A stretch of 64,000 nt of DNA from Selaginella moellendorffii (GCF_000143415.4 NW_003314400.1:186001-250000); one strand, 5' to 3'. Shown: positions 50,698 through 62,288, counted from the stretch's first letter. Notes: a model not told the origin generated them from the sequence alone. Numbers and translations are program-made.

Positions 50698-51355
50698 AGG
50701 CTGTATGGAAGGAGTGGGTTTCGTGGTGTGTAGAGTTCGGCGTTGACGCACCCTACGAGATTGGCGGGTCCAGTTCTCCTCGAACGAGATCTGTACTTCC
50801 ACAGGCTGAGGTTTTGCCTTCTCAAACAAAATCACCTCTTGTTTTTCTGATCTCTAATTCCAGGCTAACTTTCGAGACGCTTCGGAAGCTGCGAGGGGGG
50901 CCAAGAGTATGCGCGAAAACGAGTGACGGCCCTCGTTTTCACGCATTCTCTTGGGAATAATGTGTTCAGATATTTTCTGGAATGGTTGAAACAAGAAGTA
51001 CCGCCCAAACTGTACACCACTTGGATCGACGATCACATTTTCACGTATCATGCTCTAGGTGAGATTGGCGGATTGTGAACTTTCTTAGCAGCAATGCTAT
51101 CTCTTGCAGGTGCTCCTTTTCTAGGAGCTCCAGATGCTCTGAAAGGCGTTCTTTCTGGGGTGACGTTTGGATTAACCAATTTCAGAGGTTCGTTAAAGCT
51201 GTTGGGACTTCGCAACGTCATTGACTTTTACTTCGTTTTGATAGGGTGCAGCTCGAATCATGCTTAGAACTTTCAGTTCCGGTTTGTGGATGTTGCCGTT
51301 TTCTGACGACAAATCACTGTCTCAAAGGAATACGACCAAAACGAAAGGCTTAGTT
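50698..51355 (+). pseudogene. PSAT1: PSAT1 fragment, copy 4
   Basis: Same sequence as 28895-29560. Confidence 0.85.
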
Positions 51356-51619
51356 GCTCCAGACTTCGCTGAGCTTCTCTGGCTCACCAGCGAGTAGTGA
51401 GACGAGGAGGAGCTCTTGTTCCTCAGAGCTCGCTGCCTCAGCTTGTAGTAATCGTCCCAACAATCGAGCTCCACCCTTGTCTTGCGTTCTATCATCATCA
51501 CCCCGCGACAGCCGAGCTTGCTGGTCTCCGTGATCCCAACTCCCTCCCTCTCGCCACAACTTGTGTAGTCCTAAGCTCACTACGTGTTTCCTGGCTTGGA
51601 GGATCATAGCAGCGAGGAG

Positions 51620-52200
51620 GTATAAAGGTACCACCGCGACTCCGCCGAGAACAAGTGGACAAACGTCACGGCCCCCGGGGCTCAAGCCGTTTGCCAGCAT
51701 CTCCCAGAAGAGCTCCACGGCTTTCTAGATCGTTGCGCACATATCCAGCGATCATCGCAGTCCACGTGACTTCGTCCTTGAAAACCATGTCCCAGAACAA
51801 CCTCTCGGCAGTTTCCAGGCCTCCGTAGCTGGCGTACACGTCGAGCAATGCGGTCGTGAGCACTGCATCGTCTTCCAGGCCACCGCTCTCCAGAAGTTCC
51901 TGGTAGAGGAGCTTGCCTTGCACTGGTGCAGGAATGATCGAGCAGGCAGTGAGAGCACTCGATCTGTGTGCAGCAGGGCGAACACTGGAGGCGGCTGCGA
52001 AGGATTGCCGCGAATTTGTGCTAGATTATTCTCCTGTACGCACCCTTTGAGAAGATACACAGAGGCTCTCGACACTGATGTGTTGACATCCACGGTTCGC
52101 GAGAGATCTCCATACCTTCGCTTCCATCCAGGGCTCCAAGAACTTGGCATTCACAGATGCTGCTGCCGTGTGTCGAATCTGCTGCAAACTCATCTAGCAG
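51620..52200 (-). pseudogene. PLS-PPR fragments, inverted
   Basis: ORFs identical to those at 30146-30727. Confidence 0.85.
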
Positions 52201-52444
52201 GATCTATGTATCTTATGACCAAGGAGCAAGCTCTAAACCCCTTGTAAAGTAGCGACAACTTCTCAGTGAATCCAGGTGCCAGGAATTGCTACATTGACCA
52301 TGTGACGAGGAGAATAGCTTTGTAGTCAACCCGATCCAGGAGGTCGTACGTTGACCACGGCTAAATAAGGATATTCTTAAAGGGATTTCTTTTAAATAGG
52401 ATCAATATAAAAGGGTTTATTCTGCAAAACATTTCTAGGGTTAC

Positions 52445-53386
52445 ATGGCAATAGCTTTTGGACAGTTGGTTGGAAAACTTGAGGCTGAAAGGAAGATTGA
52501 AGTTATGTGGGATGTTGGTTGTTACTGTAATGCTATCTCACGAAAATTAGTGGAAGAACTCAATATCACAGTGGATATAAATTGGCAAGTTAAGGATTTT
52601 AAATTTACAATACAGGGTTGTGAATTCAAAGAAACTTTCACTGCATTACCACTTGTTTCACATAGCAGCGATATAATGCTGGGTTCACCATGGATACATC
52701 AACATTGCCTACAATTAAATTGCAATGATAGTAAAAGTACAATAACATTTGAGATAGATGGTATTGTATATTGTCTTACTGGTGACAATAACTTATCTCG
52801 GTCAAAAAGGTTTAGAAGGATAAATCAACATATATGTAATATGTTTTATGATCTGTATTACCCTGGCAGAATCAATGACTACGAAATCAAAATCGTAATA
52901 GATAATGGTTGTGACGCATCAGCTATATCACTTGATCTTGTCAAGAAACTTGGACTCCCTACAGTTCACAGTCACAAGTATTTTGGAATCAGGCCAATTG
53001 CAGCTGATCAATTGGAGGAAGGTTATGGAGTTGAGAATTTAGCTTATAACTTGGGAAAGTTTTTTGAAAGAAGAACATTTGATGTGCTTAAAGACTCCTC
53101 TGATAGTATATTTCTTGGGAAAGATTGGCTTGACAAGCACTCAGCAATCATTGACTTTAGAAATCACAATGTTACTTTTAAATGCAGTGAATCAGGTTTG
53201 TGGTACAGATTTCAATATCCTCATGGTATTTATGAAGTGAGTAAAGATAAATTCAAGGAAGAGATGAATAGCTTGTGTTGGTGCTCCAACACTATAGAAG
53301 ATCAAGCTGCAGTAAAACTTTCTAATCCTTATACCTGGAGAATGCCATCTTTTGGAGTCCTCCTGCAATGGTTTAGGTTGAGATGA
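52445..53386 (+). CDS. Tandem retropepsin double-domain protein, 313 aa, copy 4 (intact)
   Basis: Differs from 30911..31852 by one amino acid (SATID vs SAIID). Confidence 0.8.
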   Translation: MAIAFGQLVGKLEAERKIEVMWDVGCYCNAISRKLVEELNITVDINWQVKDFKFTIQGCEFKETFTALPLVSHSSDIMLGSPWIHQHCLQLNCNDSKSTITFEIDGIVYCLTGDNNLSRSKRFRRINQHICNMFYDLYYPGRINDYEIKIVIDNGCDASAISLDLVKKLGLPTVHSHKYFGIRPIAADQLEEGYGVENLAYNLGKFFERRTFDVLKDSSDSIFLGKDWLDKHSAIIDFRNHNVTFKCSESGLWYRFQYPHGIYEVSKDKFKEEMNSLCWCSNTIEDQAAVKLSNPYTWRMPSFGVLLQWFRLR

Positions 53387-54074
53387 CCAAGGATGACAGA
53401 CAGATAAACCCTATAATAAAAATAATGTGATCTTTTGGACAATATATAAGTCTATAGATTTGCTTAGAGAGAGTGATCTTGGACGCCAGCCAAGTCAGGT
53501 TGATCTGCCATCAGCAATGGAATCCAACCGCCCGTTTCTACGGCTCAGGTCAAGTCAAGCGTAGTCAAACTTCTTCAAAGCTCAAGGAAGAAATATAGCT
53601 ACGTGACACCTGTCATATTCCAATTCCTCCCAGAAATTGTTGATCTTGAGCTTTTCGCTTTTTTCGTTTGTTCTTTGTTGAGTAATGTCTTTGTTAAAAA
53701 AACGGTCATTGAATAAAAAAGATTGATCGGAGCATCGTCCTTGCAAAGTGAACTTTCGTGCTCCATCAAGATCTCTGCATCAAAATCAAGAGATGCAGTT
53801 TACACCTCATGCACTGGAATACAAAGAGAAAGAGAGTGATGAAAACGAAAACGAAGAAAAGACCATGTTTGAATACCTTGTGTAGGACGGTCTTCCACGA
53901 CGAAGTTATCACGTCCCCCCTGGAGCCCATGAAACCTGTGTAGCTTCCCAAGCCAACCGCGGTTTCCACACCGCAAGCAGCGTCTCGCTCCGCAAACCTC
54001 CGCTTTCGAGGCCACTAATCCATGGGCCTTCCGTGCTTGTCCAGGCTTTCACCGGACATGATTCTCTTGTTCCA

Positions 54075-54790
54075 TTCTTCGTCTCGGCTCACACCCAAGC
54101 CGGGGACTGGAGATGACTCTGTCGCTCTTCGCGGGAATGCAGCTGGATGGCGTCACTGCACACAGATGGAGTGCCTGCTCGAGCATTCCAGCTCCAGTGC
54201 AAGGCAAGCTCCTCTACCAGGAACTTCTAAAGAGTGGTGGTCTGGAAGACGATGCAGTGCTCACGACCGCACTGGTCGACATGTATGCCAGCTGCGGAGG
54301 CCTGGAAACCGCCGACAGGGACATGGTTTTCAAGGGCGACGTCTCGTGGACTGCGATGATCGCTGGATATGTGCGCAAAGAAAGCCGTGGAGCTCTTCTG
54401 GGAGGTGCTGGCACACGGCATGATCCCCGGGGCCGTGACGTTTCTCCACTTGTTCTCGGCAGCTTCATGGAGGAGTCGCGGTCGTACCTTTACACGATGC
54501 TTGAGGACTACAAGCTGGTGCCGGAGCTGGATCACCAGGTCTGTGATTGATCGGCTTGCTGGGACGGCTCGACAGGGCCGATGAGCTGCTCCAAACCGGG
54601 CCTGGAGGACGCTGCTTTCGGCTTGCAAGACGCACACAACAAACAAGGATCGAGCGGACCAAGCGGCAAAGAAGAATAACAGCGAGCTCGATCCGGGATG
54701 TGCTCCCATCCTCTCCAACTTAAACGCCGATGCTGGGGAATGCAAAGGCGGAAGAAGCAACAGCTGCAGGGCCAGCTCCTCGTTGCTATG
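54075..54790 (+). pseudogene. PLS-PPR fragment (module A')
   Basis: Paralog of 23285-24000 without the micro-inversion. Confidence 0.85.
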
Positions 54791-55039
54791 ATCCTCCAAG
54801 CCAGGAAACACGTAGTGAGCTTAGGACTACACAAGTTGTGGCGAGAGGGAGGGAGTTGGGATCACGGAGACCAGCAAGCTCGGCTGTCGCGGGGTGATGA
54901 TGATAGAACGCAAGACAAGGGTGGAGCTCGATTGTTGGGACGATTACTACAAGCTGAGGCAGCGAGCTCTGAGGAACAAGAGCTCCTCCTCGTCTCACTA
55001 CTCGCTGGTGAGCCAGAGAAGCTCAGCGAAGTCTGGAGC

Positions 55040-55697
55040 AACTAAGCCTTTCGTTTTGGTCGTATTCCTTTGAGACAGTGATTTGTCGTCAGAAAACGGC
55101 AACATCCACAAACCGGAACTGAAAGTTCTAAGCATGATTCGAGCTGCACCCTATCAAAACGAAGTAAAAGTCAATGACGTTGCGAAGTCCCAACAGCTTT
55201 AACGAACCTCTGAAATTGGTTAATCCAAACGTCACCCCAGAAAGAACGCCTTTCAGAGCATCTGGAGCTCCTAGAAAAGGAGCACCTGCAAGAGATAGCA
55301 TTGCTGCTAAGAAAGTTCACAATCCGCCAATCTCACCTAGAGCATGATACGTGAAAATGTGATCGTCGATCCAAGTGGTGTACAGTTTGGGCGGTACTTC
55401 TTGTTTCAACCATTCCAGAAAATATCTGAACACATTATTCCCAAGAGAATGCGTGAAAACGAGGGCCGTCACTCGTTTTCGCGCATACTCTTGGCCCCCC
55501 TCGCAGCTTCCGAAGCGTCTCGAAAGTTAGCCTGGAATTAGAGATCAGAAAAACAAGAGGTGATTTTGTTTGAGAAGGCAAAACCTCAGCCTGTGGAAGT
55601 ACAGATCTCGTTCGAGGAGAACTGGACCCGCCAATCTCGTAGGGTGCGTCAACGCCGAACTCTACACACCACGAAACCCACTCCTTCCATACAGCCT
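55040..55697 (-). pseudogene. PSAT1: PSAT1 fragment, copy 5
   Basis: Mirror of 50698-51355. Confidence 0.85.
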
Positions 55698-57399
55698 GAT
55701 TAACAAAACGAATAGAGAAAAAAAAGCCAACTTGGATACCTGTGAAATATCGGAAATTTTTTCAAACGAAACTCACCAGAGCTACTTGTTTATGCTGTTG
55801 TCTCAGCTCCTAGACCATGATCCTCAAAGGTTTGAAACCCAACTTCCTTTCCCGATCCTGCTGGTGCAAAGCTCTGTTCGAGATCGCAGCTGTCAGTGCT
55901 CAAATGGAAGCATTCCTGAAAGCTCCTGAAAAAAAAAATTAAAAAATCCAGTGAGCTGAAATCGAGGTGCGAGAAGGGACATTACCATGATCTCGTGCAG
56001 CCATTTATCAATCCTTGAGTGCCAGAGATCTGTTGCAGATGTCATTCTAGGACCTTGCAAAACGGAGTTCTTCTTTGTCATAGCATCAGAGTAGTAAAAA
56101 ACGCAAAAGAAGCTATAGTCGAAGCTTCTCGACGGCTGAAACTTCCCACGACCAAAACACGGAAAGATTAGCAAAAACAGTCAAAATGAATCAAGCGGAA
56201 GCTCACTGTTTGCCAAGTCATTCTTCCCGTGTTTAATTCTGGCGGAACTTGTTGAAGTGACACCTGACAGAAATACTCGTTAGAAGAAACTGCAAACTTT
56301 CCTCACACGATGCTCACTGGTTTGCATCCCGGCTACTTATTTAATGGGAGTGAGCCTCCTTCTCCTTCCCATGCTTGCACAGCCGCGTGAGAATGATGTT
56401 GTAGAGCTTCGCATTGGCTGGAACTTCCGCGAAGGTAGAGCTCGATTGCTGGAACGATTGCTACAGGCTGAGGCAGTGGGCTCTGAGGAACAAGAGCTCC
56501 TCCTCATCTCACTACTCGCTGGTGAGCCAGGAGAGCTACTTGAGATCCAACGCCAAGAAGGAGATGGAATTTTCTATGACAAAAAAGAGTCCTCCAAGGA
56601 GGAGCTCCAAGAACAGGATTTCTTACGAGCGAGAATGTAGCATTATAGAACTTTAAAAACCTTGCAAGAAATCTTGTGAAGATCACAGAAGAAAAACATA
56701 GCGAAGAACTTTACATAGAACAAAGTGGTAATTTAGTGAAGAACTTACTGAGATGCGAAGCTCACGGAAGAAAAATACCTACATCCTATTCCAATTCCTC
56801 CCCGAAATTGTTGATCTCGATCTTTTCTCTTTTCTCGTTTTCGTTCTTTCTCTTCTTTCCTTGTCGAGTATTGTCTCTGTTAGAAAAACGGTCATTGAAT
56901 GATCGCAGTATGACATCCTTGTAAATGCTTCTTTTGCTAGAATAGTGTAGCCATGCTGCGCAAATGAGTTGAGAAGTGTTGCTCATGACATGGTGTCGTC
57001 CTCGCAAAGAAGTTTCGTGCTCCATCAAGATCTCTGCATAACGATCGTCGAGTCTGGATTGATCAGTGAGAATCTCGTTCCATCCTATCGAATAGCTTCT
57101 TTGCTATCTTCATATGCCGAAATTATCACATTCCACTACACAGTCACTGATCATTCAAGCATCGCTGATCACGGTGACAATGGCATTGAAGCAAACCACG
57201 GAATTCGATCAAAAACAAGCCTCGTTTCCCGTTTTGGGTCCCGCGCATGGATTTCCCATACATGTCGTCATGGGTGTTTTGGATTTTGCCACGTGTAACT
57301 GGCGGGGTTTTAGGGCTTAGGCGCATTCCCCAGGAACCGCGCAGCTTTTCAAGCACCCAAGATACATGCATGGCGCAGCCACCAGGTATTGTTGCTCTC

Positions 57400-58435
57400 T
57401 TTCCTCAGCGACAATTTTTGAAATCGGCCGCTGAGTACAAGAAGAAGATCGAATTTGACGGTAAGTATCTCACGCTGACTGCTTGGTGCTGAGACATTTT
57501 TTTGCTTTCATATCGCAGGCGTGCTTCTCATTGAACCAAAGCCTCAGGAACCCACGAAGCATCAGTACGGGCTTGCTTTAAACTTAATTCACCTTACTTA
57601 ATGTTTGTTTATGTAGATATGATTGGGATGCTGCAACGGCAATTGGATTCTTGCAAAAACATGGATTGAAGGGTAAGCTAGCTTGTGGTTTTCCCCATAG
57701 ATCCATCTAACTCTATTCCTCCGGCGTGGACAACTTCGAATGCAACCACGCAACGACACAGGTAAGACAGCCGAAAGTTTATTGTTTGTACTGATACTCG
57801 TGGAATGCAGCTGCTGTCATGAACTGGAAGTTTCTCGAACCAATGGAGTTTTGGGAAAACGCTCAAACAGGTAGGTTTTTTCCGCTACTTCGTTTCACGC
57901 AGTACCTCAGAGATTTTCTTTCAGGATGGGATACCGACCTGCTCCTGATGGATATTGCAGAAACCACGCAAGTGATGCTTTGAGTGCTTCAGAATGTAAG
58001 TCACTCGAAAACTTGTTTCTTCGCCTGACCGTATCATCTTTTGTTTATCTTATCTTCGTGTAGGGAGGTCTTGCTCCTGGTGGGCTCAACTTCGATGCCA
58101 AACTGTGCATATGTTTAGAAACCATTCCTACCGATTCGTGCTCACTTGTGTGTTGTGTGTTGTGTTTCAGGAGAAGGGAAAGTACAGACATAGGCACGGG
58201 CAAGAATTTTCTTTCAGGAGGGTATTCTTCCAAGTATTGTGAATGCAAGCTTTGACTCTGCTTTGGGAGCTTCTATTGAGGGACACTAAAGCTTTCTACG
58301 ATGTTTCCCTTACCTATTGTCCCCAGACTGGTGTGTTAGTCTGGGGAGCTTGGATTTGAAGAGCTGGAGCAGGAGGCCCTGAGAATGGAGGAGCCACTAC
58401 CTGCGTGCTAGCTGAGATGGTGTTCTATAACTCAT
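57400..58435 (+). pseudogene. XYLA: Xylose isomerase C-terminal half fragment
   Basis: AEYKKKIEFDG|VLLIEPKPQEPTKHQ|YDWDAATAIGFL, ECNHAT, GWDTD and GGLAPGGLNFDAKL|RREST. Stops and deletions present. Confidence 0.9.
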
Positions 58436-58559
58436 GAGATAGCTCCATCTTCACCAGCCCAGTCTCCAAAGCTATCCCGCTCCGGAGGAAGAGGTGATCG
58501 CGGAGGTGAGGCTGCTAGCGACAATGTGGACATGGATTTGCACTTGAGGAGCGTGGCGT

Positions 58560-59870
58560 AGGTCTGGCATACTTGCGACTGGAATTGGAAGTGGTGGGCA
58601 AGGAGAATGCACCTCATTTGTTACAATTGAGTACGTGGTTAACACAACGTCATATTTGGCTAACTCGTAGGGACACCTCTTCCTGTTACCTTGCCGCCGC
58701 TGTAACTTTTTCCTCGATCTCATGATACCACTGTCTCAAAACGCTTGTCGGGCGTACGACAAGAGTGCCACCCCTTCTATTTGGCTCCGGCTTCTGCATA
58801 AGCTCAGGATCTCAGGTTTAATCTCAGGTTTAATGGCTTGTGTTCCCGGATTGACGTCAAGGAGATCGTTCAACCAATATGACATACAAAAGGCTCACCT
58901 GGTCATCTGCTAGAAAGCCACCAGAACAATTTCCACGCTCCTCGCTCTTCACCATCCAAGCTAAAGCTATTCTCTACAAAGATCGCTTTAAACCCGTGAA
59001 ACATAGAAGATTTAAAAGTATACCTCATTCCCTCATCTGGAGTGGCCTCTTCGTTTGTTTCAGGAGTGATCATTCTCTGTGGGAAAAGAAAATGTAAACA
59101 TCCAAATAGCAGTCAATGCAAGTGTACCTCCAAGATCCGGCGAAGACATTTGTCTACGTGCACCGGTTGAGCAGCTTGTGTTTGTGCTCGTGTTGTGAAC
59201 TGATTCTTCCTTCTTTGGAGTTGCTTGACTCAAAGGCTCCTTCTTTGGGCCTGCATGGACATACGAACCCGATGACGACGGCTGATCAAACCTTCTACCA
59301 GTTGGCAAAACTTCTTCCTTGTTTGGAGGAGCTGTCCAGCGGTAAGACGAAGTTGCTATGCTGGCTTGACCATTCCGGCGAACCACGGGCACCGGTTGAG
59401 CAGATTTGGAGTTGTGTTTGTGCTCGTGTTCTGAACTGGTTCTTCCTTCTTCTTTGGGCCTGCATGGACAGATGAACCCGACGAAGCCGGCTGATCAAAC
59501 CTTCTGCCCATCAGCAAAACTTCTTCCAATCTTTGGAGCAACTCTCCAGCCGTAAGACGAAGTTGCTCCATTCCAGGCAGCTGTTTGAGCATAGCTCGCG
59601 GGAGGCTCTTCCTTCTTTACACCCGTACCACGCCATCCCGGTTCTTCCTTCACTGCGACTGTCTCCCGACGGCCTCGAGGTGTGAAGCTCAATGGCAGAT
59701 TGCGCTTCTCACCTAGTATAGACGTCTCCCCATTACTCTCCTCATCACTGATATCAATGACTTCCGATCTAGCGCCCTTGCCACCACGACCGCTTACAGA
59801 AGTCGTTTCTCTAAAGCACGTTTCTCTCTTTCTAATTCCTGGAGCTGCAACAATTCCCATTCCCAGCCAA
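58560..59870 (-). pseudogene. SNF2/RAD5-RAD16-like (RING-helicase) N-terminal fragments
   Basis: RIALAWMVKSEERGNCSGGFLADDQ (motif I), GGTLVVRPTSVLRQWYHEIEEKV (motif Ia) and ELAKYDVVLTTYSIVTNEV. Confidence 0.8.
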
Positions 59871-60754
59871 AAACGTCCCTCGTTCATATGCCGGGGACAA
59901 ATCAAGGCGGCGAGCCTCAACGCAGCACGCTCCGCTGCATAAGCGTGGTTCATCTCAAATCCTGCAAGAAAAAAGAGATTTTTTTTCTCCTGCTAAGCGA
60001 TCCTCAAGGTAAACAATGTCAAAACACTTCCCATACCGTTTTGAAGATCATCGTCCGAGGCAAGAGCAAAGTCGAGCCACGTCTCGGGATGAAAAGAGAC
60101 GTTCCTCGCAAACGCGACAACCTCGTCAGTGAGCCCCGGGACCTCGTCTGGCTCGTCATCAAACAAGAACAAGCTCGACGCAAGCTTGGACACTCCATCC
60201 ACGAGAGTCGCCGCCGAAATCCCCATCTTGGAAGACGACTTCACGCCACCACCACGACTGGTATCTTCTTCGTCATCAACAGGAGTAACCTGGCCGGCCG
60301 GTTTGTCGCTGGAGAGAACGTTGTCAATCAAAGGCTTGAGCAGCCCCGCGTCCTGGGAAGCTCCCTCCGGCTTGTCACTGCTCCGGGACTCATCCCCCCG
60401 GAAACCTTTCGCGAATCCTCCCTTGAGTTCCGCAAAGTCGCTTTGCATTCCACTCAGCTTCTCTTTCTCACCGGCATTCTCCACTCCTTGCTTTGCCTGA
60501 TAATCATCTTGAGAAGTTTCCTCTTCTACCTTGGGAGAATTTTCTCTGCGTGACTTTGGCGGCGGCGCAAGAAAAGAACCTACCCCCCACAGCGATTGCG
60601 TGAGAGACTTCCGCAATTCAGCCAGATCCTCCCCCACGCTCTGCCCCGGCTCAAAAAGCTCCGGATCGTCCCAAAATTCTGCTCCACCCTCATCCTTCTC
60701 TTCCTTGTCCTTGTCCTTGAGAACCCCTGTCAAGGAGCGCGAAATCCACGACAT
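59495..60754 (-). CDS. Chimeric open frame: BSD-domain protein 5' half fused to SNF2 N-terminal linker (exons 60754-60037, 59961-59495)
   Basis: VGEDLAELRKSLTQSLWGVGSFLAPPP and GLTDEVVAFARNVSFHPETWLDF|GFEM..RLAALICPRHMNEGRFW resemble plant BSD proteins. Spliced length 1185 nt, no internal stop. The BSD domain has in-frame deletions and is truncated. Confidence 0.55.
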
Positions 60755-60864
60755 TCCTCTCGCCCTTGCCGATCGATCGCGACATTCTACTCATCTGCTG
60801 CCAAGGCGTCCGTGGCAAAACTCTAGCCAACGGACGCAAGACACGTGGACTCAAACAAAAGCTT

Positions 60865-60931
60865 TGTCAGGAATGGGATTCGAACCCATGCCCTTGCGGA
60901 CTATCGCCTTAGACCAACTCGGCAACCCCGC
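60865..60931 (-). tRNA. tRNA-Leu-like pseudogene lacking anticodon arm
   Basis: gcggggttgccgagttggtctaaggcg (A box), atagtccgcaagggc (variable arm) and atgggttcgaatcccat (T arm, B box), then tcctgaca and a short T-run. Confidence 0.75.
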
Positions 60932-61370
60932 TAGGTCAAGAATGAGCAAAGGCACACAGAAATAGAGAATATTCGAAGCATCTAGGGCTAATGTGCCTTT
61001 ATCATGTACGTCTAAGGAAGAAGTACAGAGTTTCACTCTTTGATCATATCTTGTCTCTGGATGGAACGAATTTTCAGTGTATTTTGAGTCCTTGCCTTGC
61101 TTTGTATCACTACCACATTATAGCTAGACACTGTTGACAGTAGAAGATGATGTCATCAAGTGGTTTATCATCCGCACAGCCCAGCACAATCCAAATGGTA
61201 CCATCACTGCAAAAACCAAAGAATTAGTTCTAGCGATTATAATGAAAACTTACCTCAGTGTTGTCACAGAGAATCATTTTTCTCCCCTCGTCTCTCCCCT
61301 GGCAGCTACAATAAAGCTTGTCATTGATCTCGGGGTTCACTGGTAACCCGTCAACAACGATCTTGTTCTT

Positions 61371-62288
61371 CTAGTACTCTTTGAAGAGGAGATCCATAAT
61401 GTGCTTTTGGAGTTCATAAAGATCCCACTCCATGAGAAAGTCATGCTTCGGCTCAACATTTGCAGACAACCAGCTCAACGGGAACGTCAAACGGAATTTG
61501 TCCCTGTTATCCTCAGAGCATACCTTCGGACTAAAATCAAGGTCTTTGCGCCTCTTCCCGGCTTCTTTCCAGAAGTAGCTAAGCTTGACATACAGAGCAT
61601 TTGAGGTTCCCTTTGACTCGATTTTAATCTCGACCGCCAGACGGCACACAGCATATTCCCATCTCTTGATCTCTACTTTGAGTGTTTCCACATCTTCATT
61701 TTTGTACGCGACCTCGATAGCGCACCTTGGGTACTCTTCATCATCAATACTTGAGAAGGAAGCGTTTGGTTCTTTGTGAGATCCATTTGCTAGCTCGAAA
61801 GTGCCCTTAGTGTGAACCAATTTGTGGAACCTCGGCACATCCTTTGCTGGAAAGTGAGTCATGAAGAAGGTAGTGGATTGTTTTGCCACTTGTAAAACAA
61901 ACCACGAAGCTGTCTCCTCATGCAAATTGGAAGGGTCACCAAAGAGATAAACTATCCCAAGCTCTCCTCCCTCGAGCTCGTAAAAGAATCCCAATCTCCA
62001 ACAAGTCTCCATTGAAAGAGACTAGATCTCCCAAGAGCTATAGGACACAGTCTCTGCGACAACAAAGGGCCCATAGCCAACCCCTGACACACTTACTTGT
62101 AGGTACCTTGCAATTGCATGCCTGAATCCTTCATTTAGTCGCTTCAATTCCTATTTCACCTCCACTTTCTTGTCGTCTTCAAGCTTCAAGCCGTCGAGAA
62201 GCTGGACAATCTGCTTTTCTTCTACCTCTGAGCTTTTCCTCTTTTCTAGCACCCTTGCTACTACATCCGAAACGCACACACATGCCAT
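61371..62288 (-). pseudogene. Uma2-like PD-(D/E)xK restriction-endonuclease-fold protein pseudogene (intronless)
   Basis: PSNLHE..HKEPNASF..YPRCAIEVAYKNEDVETL..W..VEIKI. ATG at 62288 is in frame with 61371..62012 across two TAG stops. Confidence 0.6.

Larger units (their letters stand above)
49073..57331. repeat. Inverted repeat pair IR2: arms 49073-51619 and 54776-57331
   Basis: Mirror ORFs with constant coordinate sum 106395; one 8-bp and one 1-bp indel near the outer ends. Confidence 0.93.

Noticed and set aside
21663-53386. Protease ORFs as parts of intact LTR retrotransposons or caulimoviruses
   Set aside because: No gag/CCHC, RT, RNase H, integrase, LTR pair or PBS seen next to any copy.
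20350-57331. A defined Helitron
   Set aside because: No Rep/helicase and no identifiable TC start or hairpin-CTAG end; the mechanism is left open.
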